Source of the DNA: Hydrolagus affinis
Taxonomy: Eukaryota
Direction: 5' to 3'
Assembly (NCBI GenBank): GCA_012026655.1
Contig: JAAILG010000682.1
Span: 1-64,000 of the forward strand
Length of the DNA stretch: 64,000 nt
The notes below the pieces were generated by a model. The model made no database searches and was not told the DNA's origin. It saw only the letters and a list, made by a program, of their open reading frames with translations. Positions 28,361 to 40,900 of the stretch are shown in pieces (positions within the stretch are counted from its first letter, which is position 1; every line of letters begins with the position of its first letter). The translations under genes and the position numbers were made by a program.

Positions 28361-29269
28361 ACAGCAACAGAAAAAAAAATTACATTTGTGTAGTGCCTTT
28401 CACAGCCCACCTTTGAAATGAATCAAAGTGATTGAAGACTTTTTGGTAAAACCGTAAAAATCTGAATTTGCTGTTTTTTTTCATGACCAAGCAGGCACCT
28501 TACACCAAATCTGTGAATCAGAATTTGGTTACAAATGTATTACTGCCTGTGGGAAACAATATGTGACAAAGATTGCCAAAGAATTTCTGCGCTATAATGA
28601 TACACACTGGATTTTAAATTACACAATCTGAAAAAAACCCGCCTCCAGCAATCTGAACACTTTCAAGAAGTTGTTGAAAGAAAGCCATTAGCGCTGGTGA
28701 TATGTTGGAACTGTCAGGAAGGAAGAACAACCGCTCTCTCCTTCCCCAAAGCTATGACCAAGTATTAAAGTAACACATTTTTCTCTTGTTTATCATAGTG
28801 CATGTCTATCAAAACCAGTCTTTCATCTGAAACAAGCCAATACAGATTTATCAGATAATAAGTGCCAGCCAGTGAGATCAGCCCCTGGCTCAGCCACTGA
28901 CTGACATTGATGGTATCGGCTAGAATTGGTGAAATAAAAGAGAAAATTTAATGTTTCATTGCAGACATTAAGTTAAAAGTCTCAAATTAAACTTTTCTCA
29001 CATTCCTTTAAAAATGCAACCATTTCTAACATCGCAAGCCCTGGAGCTTTGTCAGTTGTCAAATATAAAGCATAAGCTGTATCTGACACATTGGGAATAG
29101 CATGAACTTCTGTTCTCATTCCCCCACCCCACCAAAAAAAAAGCAAACGCTCAACCCAATACTGTCCTCACCAGACAATCACAATATGGCATTTCCATCA
29201 TGGTAGTAGTTACAAGAAGAAACATTTCTGGTTTCCTCTTGCCTTTAGGAACACAAATCAGGGCTTGTT

Positions 29270-29465
29270 GCCCAGTGGTTTAAATAAGCACCACTGCAAG
29301 GCCAGAGGTTCAGGTTCATATCCCAGATTGTTCTGAATGAGCTGATCTCAGCTGGACTAACAGTGCGGTCGCTATAATTAGCCTCAGCAAAGCTGGAGAG
29401 TGAAGGGCTGGAGAAATTAGCCGTGGTTTCCTGCTCCTGACTGCTGGAGGACTCTGCTGGAAGTC
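29270..29465 (+). mobile_element. AmnSINE2-like tRNA SINE 5' part
   Basis: cagtggttt...caggttcatatccc (B-box)...agctgatctcagc...aattagcctcag...ttcctgctcctga. Confidence 0.6.
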
Positions 29466-29618
29466 ATAGTGCTTAGACTTCAGTTGATGAAAGCAACAGA
29501 CTTGATGTGTTATGCATGAATAATCTTCCAGTGGTCACATATTAATAATAGCCAGTTGGATGATGAATCAGAGAGAACTGTGATATATGTAGAACTATAC
29601 TTTGTAAGCATAATATAC

Positions 29619-29795
29619 AATAATAATCCTTGCAGTTGATATAGTGCCTGATCATGTCTTCGAGGCATCTCAAAGCCCTTCACAGATTTCAGCTGTGACC
29701 TTGTGTGCAAAGTGTATTGACTGCATATTTGTGGGTGAAATGCAGCAGCCAATTGCGCACAGCAGTGTCCCATGAACTGTCGTGGATTGAGTGAT
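29619..29795 (-). mobile_element. DeuSINE-like SINE 3' part carrying a foreign insert of about 22 nt
   Basis: aataataatccttgca...cttcacaga[insert]aaagtgtattgactg...gcagccaattgcgcacagcagtgtccca. Confidence 0.8.
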
Positions 29796-30637
29796 CAAGC
29801 ATAAAGCCCGATGAACTTGATTCCCAGTGTAGGTGTTGAGAAAGTAGCCCTGGTCCCAAATTAATTTTAGTAAGAGACACAAAGAGGCAACTATTGCTTT
29901 TGCTTGTGGGGATTTTGAATTCACTGGGCTCCGTAACAACGCAAGCTCAATATTTTTACTTATCAGACTGTTCCCTCCATAATCGTTCTACTTTTAATTC
30001 ACTTTAACTTCTTGTCCCAGTGGGGAACAGAACCGGTACTATGTTTCTTGTTCTGACCTCTGTTCTTTGCACCTGGTTCTTTAAAATTCCCAAAGTCTGG
30101 GGCAAAGGGCAAAAGTCAGATCTCTAAATATCCCAGACTACATGTTGCTCATTTGAATTCCCTTCACTGGAAGGGGGAAAAGAAAATCCTCAATACACAT
30201 AGTGGCTGAAAGGCAATGTTTCTCATTGCGAGATTTGTACGTGCAGTTTTTTTTTAAACTGTAATCATGGTGCAGTATAGCACCGATACTATTGCCATTT
30301 CAGCTAAAACAATCCAAGCGAATGATACTCTCTTTGGATGTTAGGTTTTTAAAGTTTACACAACACACATTTGCATCTCACTTTTAAGTAACCCTTCGAA
30401 AACACTTAAATGGCATCTTTGCCTTTCAAAGTGTTCCTGGATTAAAGCTGTACTTTCACAGAGTATTAACCTGAAGCAAACCTGTCTTAAAAATATCGGT
30501 GACAGTGACTGATTTCCAACAAGCGTTGCCAAGAAATTTTGAAAAGCCTTTAATGAACATTGTCCAGACTTCCTCAAACACAATAACAATCCTTGCGTAT
30601 GATACTGTTATTCACTGTGGTTCCCCTCTTTTGCCAG

Positions 30638-30973
30638 GACCACCCTCTGCCCCAACAAATCTGATCTCCAACATCAACGAGACTTCTGTGATGTTGGAAT
30701 GGAGGCCGCCAAAGAGCACAGGAGGCCGCCATGACATCACCTACAGCGTGATCTGCAAGAAATGCATCAGCGGCCTCAGTCACTGTCGGCCGTGTGAAAG
30801 CGGGATCCACTTCATTCCGCAGCAGACAGCCTTGAAGAATACCAAGGTGTCCATCACGGATCTCCAGGCTCACACCAACTACACCTTTGAAATCCGGGCA
30901 ATGAATGGAGTCGCAAAGCAGAATCCGAGCCATGACCAGGCTGTCTCGGTAACTGTCACAACCAACCAAGCGG
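30638..30973 (+). CDS. EPHA4: EphA4 exon 5 (336 bp): first FN3 domain
   Basis: ttttgccag|GA CCA...GCG G|gtaaga. Translates [22 protein letters not shown]...[18 protein letters not shown]...VTVTTNQA. Confidence 0.97.
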
Positions 30974-31240
30974 GTAAGAGCATGGCACTGTACAATGCAT
31001 TCAACCCTGAGGCGCTTGAAACTTCGTATTGGGAGATTTATACGGTGTAAATACTGCAATCAAAGTATGCATATGAAGTGCTTTGGCAGAGGTTACTTGA
31101 TAAAGAAAAATGTGCTCAAATTGTAAAGTATATCCGCATATAAAACGTGTGTACATCTGCTTTACTTTTTAACGTGCCTACTCTACATTAGTAGCGATGT
31201 GTCTGGCTGTGAACTGCAATGTCATGATATATTGCATTTT

Positions 31241-31350
31241 GTCTACAAATATACAGTCAATGCACTTTACAGTATATTCTGTGAAGTGCTTTGAGACGTC
31301 TAGAAGACATGAAAAATGCTATAACAAATGCAAGGATTATTATTATTATT
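31241..31350 (+). mobile_element. DeuSINE-like 3' tail
   Basis: tacagtcaatgcactttacagtatattctgtgaagtgctttgagacgtctagaagacatg...aaatgcaaggattattattatt. Confidence 0.8.
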
Positions 31351-34039
31351 GAGTCAGAGCAGAGATCTAAAAGGTTAGGGTTGTGGACTTCTAGTTCCCA
31401 TAAGGAAAGCCACTAGATATCACCACATACAAATTTAATACATCAACCTTGCTTTAAAGCACATTCAAGATGTCAGGTTCATGCATCTTGTGAGATAACT
31501 TGCTTAACTATGCAATACATTAAAATACCTGTTGTAGCATCTTTATAACAAAATTACCTCCAGACCCATTGCATAAAGCACATACTAGTTTGAGAACCAT
31601 ACCCTGTACTTGATGGCAGGGTATCCTTAATTCATCTCATAAGCAGAAACTCAAGGGTTTGCCACATTAAACAACAACAAAAATTACATTGTATAGTGTC
31701 TTTCACATCAGGATGACGTCCCATCAAAGAAAGGAAGTGGAACATTTTTTTTTCCAATTATCTCTCCTCTTCCTTCACTCATTAACAAAAGGACATCGTC
31801 GCACATGCGACTGAGGAAGATCTGCAACTGATTAGTTCTTAAACAATGTGCCTCTCAGAAATAGTTGTCGGATAAATATAGCCCGAATTAGATGATTGAT
31901 CTAGGGGATGCTGATGATTAGCGAGGAATGGAAGAACTTTTCTGTCTGTCAGTTTTTCATCGGGAGTGCCCTCTGTGAAAGGAATATATGTCAATCCTAA
32001 TTTATACCATCTACGTCCTCACCCGGCCCCTGATTGCTACACTCTTGAATTGATGGCGTAAATTACATCCAAACAGATCACTGCACCATAAAATATATCA
32101 TCCCTTCCTGTACACGTGAAATTTTCCCAATCAAAACCAAATGGGATGTGCCTGGCTTTTCTCCCACCGATAACCATTTTGAAATTATTTTGTTAAAGAA
32201 GAAAAGTTGGGAGTTCATGCAGAATATTTAATGAACAAATCATTCTGCCGAGCCGCGGAAGCCTCATCATTCACCCCTCGAGGTTATAATTTGTATCCTC
32301 TTTTGATAGATTTTACAATTTATTATTTTTTTTAAAAAAGTAACTTGAATCTGACAGCGCGAGTGAGTAGGGTTAACCTCCAGTGAAAGAGTGATTAACC
32401 CCGGGCACGTCAGTAGAGCTGTCATTTTGACTGCATGTTAATTTAGCGCCCTCACACTGTCGGGTTCAACACGTCTCCCAGACTACAGGCTCGCTGTCGT
32501 GTCACACTGCTGCTTACAGTTTAAGCCAAGTGGTTTCAAAGCAAAGACAGAAAGCAACATTTGGAGATTGTCATTCTTGCTCGTGGTTTGATTTTTAAGA
32601 GGCTTCCTGATTAAGTTCAGCACCCAACTTTAACTGGTGCCATGGGGGCTTCAAAACACAATGATTTCATATTTAATTTGTGTGTGTGGCCTTCTGATAA
32701 CCAGAGGTACATCATCCTGACTCATGGGAACTCCGTTCTGATAGCAGAATGCATCAAAGCAGGTTCACACGAGTTGACGTGACACGTTTGAAATGAGTGC
32801 ATTATAGGCCCCGTACTACAATGGATAATAAATCATTAGATTCTGAAGCAATCTTGGAACCGTTTCTGCTTTTGAAACAAACAAAGGCATGAAGACTCCA
32901 AACTGATCAAACTTGACAGAACCGGATCTTTGCACTTCAGTGGAAAAGTAATACCTTTTATGGAGTATTCATTAAGCAGAGAGCTAAATTGTCTTTACAT
33001 TTACAGTTATTCCATATCTTGCATACATTTCTTGTCATGGAACAATGATTCATTCAAGCCATTTATGCAAAAATACCAGTTCCATTCATGGTATTCGCAG
33101 CCTCCAAGCTAAATTATATAATGCAAGCAACAATTTATTTATCATTCGTGCTCCTTTCTAAACAGCTGCTGGGGCTGCATGTGGTTTGCCATTCACAGAA
33201 TGTAGCCAATGTTGATTTTGGTCTTAAAGCACAATGGTAAAGGGAAAGATTAATCATCTGACTCTTTGTTTCCCTTTAAAAACAAAAACAATTTATGGAG
33301 ATGGGTAAACGGATTCATCTGAATTTTTAAGACCCTTCTCTGGCTTGGCATGGCGAGACAAACGCCATACCTCATCTCCTGCTCTCATGGAGTCTCAAAG
33401 GCTTTATGCGTCCTTTGCGCTTGGAGATGATTTGTGACGAAAAACCCAGTAAATGGTGATGGCTGCACTGGTGCCAGTGGTGGAGAGAAAGGTTTAGATC
33501 AAAGTTGAAATGTGTAAATGTGAATACCTTGACAACCGGCTTCCATTTTATATTTGAACGCCCTCCAAAACATACATAATCTGGAGTGTTATTTGAAACT
33601 TTCATACAGCAAAGAATTTTGCTCACTGCCATCTTTTTTTGGTACCCCGTTGTGATTTGCTAACTAATTACGAAAATTTATATTCATGTCACACACATTC
33701 ACTTGTGTTGACTTCCTGTTAGTTCTACATACACTTAACTCTGCAGAAGTAAATATTTCAATTAGGTTCAAAGTGTGAGCTCACAGTACTTGGTACTGAA
33801 CCAACAACAACTTACAAAATCGCTTCTTTCTTATCAGGAAACGCTAGAATCACTCTGTTAAAGACTCCAGTGTTTGTCAAACCCATTGGGAATGAATGAC
33901 TAAGCTTTGTTAGAACAGCGATCCAACAGTTTTCCTGTGAGAAATATACTGTCTGTGGGATGTAGGTATCTTTAAGATTTCCTAGGTCAGACCAACCCTC
34001 AAATGGGGGGCAGGAGCCAATTACAGATAATTATTTGGG

Positions 34040-34152
34040 GGAGGACAAGATTGCAGGGCTATGGGGAGAGAGCGGGGGAGTGGGATTGATTGGGATTGAC
34101 AGCTGTTTTCAAAGAACCGACACAGACACGATGAGCTGAATGGCCTCCTTCT
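34040..34152 (+). mobile_element. CR1-type 3' UTR fragment (similar fragments near 21000-21075 and 36110-36210)
   Basis: gggctatggggagagagcgggggagtggg...cacagacacgatgagctgaatggcctccttct, resembling the 3' UTR of the 17113 CR1. Confidence 0.65.
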
Positions 34153-34214
34153 CATATTCAACTTGCAAGTCTAGCCAACGATGGATTAATCAAATACTGT
34201 ACCAAGATTAGCCC

Positions 34215-34352
34215 AAAACACAAATACTGTAGATGCTGGAAATCTGAAACAAAAACAGAAATCGCTGGGAACAAACACTCAGCGGGTCAGACAGCATCTA
34301 TGAAGAAAGAAAAAGTGAGCCAACATTTCGGGTCCACAACCCTTCATCAGAA
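34215..34352 (-). mobile_element. Penelope-like terminal repeat remnant containing a hammerhead-type core
   Basis: aaatactgtagatgctggaaatctgaaacaaaaacagaaa...cagcatct...tttcgggtccacaacccttcatcagaa. Minus strand reads CTGATGA-A-GGGT-tgtgg-ACCC-GAAA. Degenerate second copy at about 36305-36398. Confidence 0.65.
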
Positions 34353-35995
34353 TTAGGCATATTGAGAGGGAGAGGCTTTTAAGGACTAACGGAGAGGGAG
34401 AGGCAGGGCAAAAAAGACAAAGGGGAAAATGGGTTATAGGACAGGAGATGATGGAGTTAAAGAGATGTTAATGCTGTGAAATAAAAGGGAGGGATTGCAA
34501 CAAAACTGGAGCGAAGTGGTGTTCATAACGTTAAACAAAGGGGGGGTTGAAATTGCAAAAGAACCAAAAGATCTTTACCGAGATTCAGATAAGGAGTTGA
34601 AAGTTTTGGGGATGGAATAAATATCAGTTTCTAACTTGATCATCTACTATTGAAACTGTAAGAGCGCCATGCCAGCTGGCAGTGACTGCTCTCTGGCACA
34701 ATCTAATTTCAGAGTGGACATTTGCCCATAGGTCAGTGTGACATGCTCATAATTACTGAGATATGTCTCCTTAAGAAATCCAGCCAGAAATCGCTCTGTA
34801 TTAAACCCCTGTTATATATTTGGAATTGGAATTCCAAACAGATCTTGGATTCACTGTAAAATCTACTAAATTTGGCCCTCTTGAAATAATTAAAGGTTTC
34901 AAACGCCACCAGTCTGGGGCATGTGATTTACCCAGACACATCTCAGACTATGTTAGTGAACATGAGGTTTTAATTCCCAGATAGGAATTTTGCCATAAAT
35001 ATGACAGCATACCAAACTCATTTGTATGGTGTTGTATAATCCTAGCTCCACTCCCCCTCCTTGACACTCAGACAGAGAACAGCTCAACAAATCTTTAAAA
35101 ATAAAGTTTACGAGCAATGCATGAAGTGCATTTAATATTCGTTAACTCAAGATTTCCTTTCAGCGGGAAGAGAAAATATGGCAAGGTCTCAAAAAAGTTT
35201 GGATGAAAAAGTGGACTTTTTCCATTCTTACAGATAACAGTGACTTTATCTGCTGGCTCCCAAAACTGCCCCTGGCATCCTCAGCCCTATGAGTCAGCAG
35301 GATGGCAGATATCTTCTGTTTACACAGTAAATGGGGTGAGAAAAATTGCTGCTTCTGAAAAGATTACAGTTTTGATTCTTCGCGATAAGAGTGCCTCATT
35401 GGCCACACATTAGTCAACAGGTTAATGACATGCCCGATTTGTCATCTCCACAGCCTCATCTTCTGCTTTTGTTTGAAATAATAGAAAAGTGGCCAACAGC
35501 TCAAACTTCCTTCCTCCCTCAGACACACAGATCTGCAGCAGTCATTTAGACAGCTGAGAGAAAGGTAAAATTTACAACTTGACTCTAATATTTGGTGACG
35601 CCTAGCCAGGATCCTTAGTGGCAAAATACAATGAAAACTTTAGTAACTGAACGTACACCTCGCAGATCCACAGGAAATCAACTGCAAAAGTACAAAGGGA
35701 GTTTGGGAGTTACGTGCTTAGGATTTCCATAATCATGAAATTGTTGTATAAATACTTGACCCATTGCAATTCAGTCCATCTAACATCCAATCGAGTTTTA
35801 TTAAGGCAATATAAGTGTTTCTGTTAAGTAATAGAGACTGAACATACTATGAACTATGCTTAATCTATTCCAAGTATGGCAGACTCCATTATTTTAATAA
35901 TTTAATAATTAATTATGTTGTGTCCATTCTACACTACAGGTAACATGTTAAAAATGTTATATACCTATATGAATAATCTGTTACGAATTATTAAC

Positions 35996-36100
35996 AGTAA
36001 TACTTACATATGAAATAGTGCCTTTCATGTTGAGAGGATGTCTCAAGTTGCTACATAGGATATACGGTAAAGTGGAGTGATGGTTTATTGTGTGGGTGAA
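35996..36100 (-). mobile_element. Degenerate DeuSINE/L2-type tail
   Basis: atagtgcctttcatgttgagaggatgtctcaag...gtaaagtg...gtgggtgaaa. Confidence 0.55.
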
Positions 36101-39100
36101 ACCTAATTAAGGTTAGGATAAATGGAAAAAGTGGGTAAATGGGACTAATGAGACTCTTTTCAAAGAGTCAGCATTGACATGATGGATCGAATGGCATTCT
36201 TCTACGCTATAAATTTCCACAGTGCTTGGGAGTCTCCTATTCGCTACATTCTTCAAAATGACAGCAGGATAAACATTTATAGATTATAAAGAACTATGCA
36301 TGACAAAAATCTGGAATAAAACCAGAAAGTGCTCAGCATATCAATTAGAATCTAAAGCAGAAAGTCAGATAAACAGGTAGCGTTCCTTCATCAGAATTAG
36401 TCGATAAGATTCGGAAATGTGTTTTAGGTGTGGTCCATCTTACATGTTCAAATACTGGAGGACTGGTTATATATTTGCCCTTGAGAGTTAGGGGGTAAAC
36501 AGGGTATCATTGGTGCTGAAGTGGCTTCAAGGTGACATTTGGCAATGGAAATGTCAGATGGTCCAGGTACTGTACTAATCCAGGTGGGTCCATTGCAGGG
36601 CACTGTGAAATCCCCAAGCCTTGGCTCCTGCCAACCTAAGCCTAATACTTTCTGGAATTAGGTAAGGGAGAGACTGCATTTCTATTCCATTCTCTGGGAT
36701 TTCCATGTGTGGGTGGGTTGCATGGGAATTCTCAATTTGGTTTGGGTGCTGTTAAGCATGTTGAAAGGTTTCTGCATGTATCAAAGACACCCAGCTCCCA
36801 CCCCCCACCTCCACTCACCTGCACATTGTATCATTTTATTCTTCTTGAAAGCTCTGAAATAAAATTGTGTGAGTAATATCGTAACTGAATTCCTAAAAGC
36901 TTTGCAGAACGGAGATTATTAATTTAATAGGATTTGGCTGCATTTAAATGCTTGTCATTAAAGATTATAATTGAACATCACTCCTGGATTTCTCTCCGAT
37001 GAACCATAACAATTCAAACTACTGTACGACAGCTATATGCTGCCCAGGTTCTGAATTGCACATTTGTAACTTGTGTAGAGGTGGTTATATGTATTTAGGG
37101 TATTTGTCTCTTTGGATTTCAGCAAAGCTTTCACTAGCTGTGAAATGTGCAGGCAGATTTGGTGTGGTGTAAAGTCAGGTCTTAAGCAAGGGTGAACGAC
37201 AGAGCTCTTGCCGTGACTGGCCAACACTTACTGAAAAGCCCACAGCTATTTTCAGTAGCTCTGCAGATGGGTGCTTCTTTCATCAGAGTGTCAACCCTGA
37301 AATACAGGTTGATGGCAGTTTTTGGAGCCAGCAGATAAAGCCATTGTTATCTGTAAGGTTTGAAAGGGGAACTGTTGAGTTCTCTTGCGGCTGTAGGGAA
37401 ATTCTTGAGTTAAGGGATATAAAATTGATGCCTTTGATCGATTTCCTGATGTAACAAGTGAAGTTTGGGGCAACACAACTCGCTTTAAACCGGACAATGC
37501 TTTGAATGAATTGCCAGCACAATTTGTTTTCACTCACTGGCAGTAATATCATTGAGTCAAGAGATCCAAACAGAATTCCATTGATTACAGTCCTGCATTC
37601 GATGTGATCAGTGATCCTTGAATTCTCTAGCTTCTTTGTCCGTGCTTTTGGTTAACACCAAGTCGGGCTGTGGAGCCAGACAATTGAATCAGCCATGTTT
37701 ATCTGAGCGTATGGTCTCACAGAATGCTTCTTCTACCCAGAGTGTAATTGAAATGTTATTGCACATAGAAAAGCTTTGTATTGTGTACTACAAGCAGAGC
37801 AGATGGCGAGATACAGTTTCAGTTGAAGTGTAATGGCATTCCACAAAAAGTAGAGCCTATCATTAAAGAGGAGGTGTAGATGCCCGAGACAGATTTTTTT
37901 TCATATCCTGCATTCCTACAAAAGTTGACTTGCACAATACGATTACGAACATTGTTACCAAGGTAAGATTGTTAATGCATTTGAACCTTTTTGAAAAGTA
38001 TCACAGATGAGATTGCTTCCTCCATTGAGTAATGATTTACATATTTTACCCAGTGGATCATTTATCTGATTTGCTCTCAGCAGAAATATGTTGGTCACAT
38101 CCATTCCTTTCACAATGCGTGTTCTTTCTCAAGCCTGACGTGTGTGTGTATATATAAATAAAAGCACGCCACATAATTCAGGAAATAACCAGTTTTAGGC
38201 AGGGTTTATACGGATCAAAATGGACTGGTTAGGGCACAGGATGTATGTTTCCTCGTGGTCGAAGGACTGGGAGTGGCTAGAAGGGATTACAGTCACAGAC
38301 CTGGGTGCTTGTATGAGCTAGGCTTTTCTCAAGAACGCAAGAACTGACTGTCAGAACGGGATTTCAAGCTGTTTTTTGCTTCGGCGAGTTCATTGGCTGC
38401 GTTCCAGAAAGGATCGGGCCTTGAATTGGTATTCCTCGGGGAAGCATTCCAGATTTTACGATTACTATCCTCTCTTAATTGAGTAACTATACCTGGTACA
38501 GATATTGTAACTATGCAGAATAGCTGCTTTGTTGCTTTCATGCGGGCATGAAGCTAAAGGCGTGTTTTCCCATTCCTACTTAGTCTGACCAGAGACCGAC
38601 AATAATAATCTTTTCATTCTGATCAATTTGTCTTTTTTTTGTGAATAGTAAATCATGGGAAGGCAGAAGGCGGAATGATTTTTTTTTAGCAATGATTATT
38701 TTCAGAGAGGAAAGAAAGCCACAAGTTTTGTAAGTTTTTAAAAGTTTTACCTTGCAGTGCTGCTGTTAGGCGTTTAACACAAGTTGTTTTGAATGGTCGT
38801 AGGAAGAAAGCTGGTTAGCAAATACCATCTGCTTAAATGGCTCTCGTTTCACATGAGGTTTGTATAGATTAGTTTGCAATGTTGTGGTGATGCATGCAGA
38901 AACCCAGGTAACTACCACCTATTAAGGTTCACTTAGTTTGTGTGTTTATACAGAGAGCCTCTCTGGTCTGCTGTGTCCTGTTACATCTATGCGGTCCCAT
39001 GTACAGCAATATAGGAAAGTAGGTTAACCAAACAATTGAAAGGAATCCCACACTTAAAAGATTAAGGAGGCTTGGGCGCAATTACTTTCCACCCAGTTAT

Positions 39101-40429
39101 TTTTTTCACATTTGCCTCAGTGTTGCAAAGGAGCATGTGGTAGAGTTTTGAAAACTAGTCCCCATACAAAACATCTTATTAGATTAGTTGCACACAATAG
39201 GGGTGGAGGGGGGTTCATTATATATACTAAAACGAAACCTGGTGTTTAATACTTTAATTAAATTGACAGCAAAGGTCCTATGACTCATTCTAAGAAATTG
39301 TTGATGAGATAAAGCGAGAACAATAATCTCAGGCTTCAAATAATGTTCATAAATAGTTCAACGTTCATCCTCGTTTTCATTGTACTCCGAGCGTTTCAGT
39401 CAAGTAAGTGTATTTTTTTTTACAGAAACCTCTTAATATATCCATAATTTGGTAAGCTGTTGTCAATTCCTGTAACTCAGTATTGATAGAGCATTGGATA
39501 TAGACTCCCAGGTTATGTGTGTCAATACAAAATTACTGGAATCGACATGACATAGAGAGGAAAGGCATCGTTCTCAGGAACAAAGGTCGAGAAAATGAAA
39601 ATTGCTCAAACCAGCTGTTTCTAGTCTGATCCCGCTCACTCAGAATAAAAATTGTTCATCGGTTTCCATTTCCCCCGAGGTTCTCAAATTCATTATTTGC
39701 TGATTTGTTTTGACATGATTGATTTGGGAACACAAATGGTGGTGCTTAATTGTTAAAGATAGCCATAACACATTAGAAGTACAGATGACATATTTCGACC
39801 AAATCTATTTACTGGAAAAAAAAACGCAGTTCCAGCCAAATGATCGATGAGCTACATTTCTTGACTGAAAGCTTCAATAATATATTAACTCCTTAGTTCC
39901 GAGTCTGCCAGGATTTCTTCCAGCAAACCCTAATTACACTCGCTCCTTTCCAAACGAGGTATTAACGAGTTTATGATTTGTCGCAAAACAACAGGTAGAA
40001 TCTGCTGTTCATTTTTTAAGCAAGGCTTTTAGACATTTGATTTCATGTTGAACCGAGATTTCACATTCAGGCAGTTGATATGAAACGCTCAATGGGACAT
40101 TGAAAACGCTGTTATAAAACTTGTCGTTTGTGAATTGCCTTCTAGCAGAAGCCATTGTTTTTATGTTTATTTTAAAATGAAGTTTAGCCTCCAAAGGAAA
40201 TGTATGCAGTAGCTTGCCATGTTTCTCTTGGCAGGTCATAAGTCTTCATTACCAGATTATAAGAAAACACTAACATTAGATGGGCTTTTCCATTGGATCG
40301 ACAGAAGCGAAACGGCAGTGATTTTTTTTCCTCCACAGAAATGCCACTGCGTGCGGGAATGTGAAAATCCCTCAAGATTAATATCATTGACGATAATGTC
40401 AGAAACTTCAGAACAAAAACGAGGTCATT

Positions 40430-40900
40430 CAATCCATCATGTTGTGCGATCTATTCTTATGCCGTCTCTCTGCTCCATCCCCCATTCCCTTTTTTACGTC
40501 TTCATATTGTAGGACTCTTGTGAATTCCCTTCTAAATGCTGTGGTTCGCTTGGCTTTAAGCATTTGTGGTAGCGCATTCCATAACCCTTATTGTAAAACA
40601 CTTGTTTTTCTAACTGTCCCCTTGATTTTAATAGTATACTTTTTGCATTAGTTCTTCATCAAACGGTGCAAATAATTGTTAAAATATTTACCCTCTCAAA
40701 CCCTATGTAAATTTTAACTTCTGGTTATGTCCCCTTGTTAACCGGTGTTTTCTTTTGTAAATCTTCTTTTCCATCTTTTTTCAAAACTTATGCTCTCACC
40801 CGCGTTTTTATTGTCTTGTACTCTTCCATGGTTCTGATGCCCTTCTCTATGGTGTGGTATCCAAAACTAAACACAGTCTTCCATTGATGAGAAATCCTGG
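40430..40900 (-). mobile_element. Old, highly degenerate CR1-like fragment
   Basis: ggtagcgcattccata (WN-LP reverse) and ccaaaactaaacacagtcttcca (E-CV-FW reverse) at CR1-like spacing. Confidence 0.45.

Noticed and set aside
30974-31050. Exon 5 (and exon 3) readthrough as a soluble truncated isoform
   Set aside because: Short readthrough to a stop is expected by chance, and no canonical AATAAA lies close downstream.
30574-31059. 161-aa minus-strand ORF
   Set aside because: Antisense shadow of GC-richer exon 5 with no independent motifs. The same applies to minus ORFs over exons 3, 6, 10, 13 and 15.
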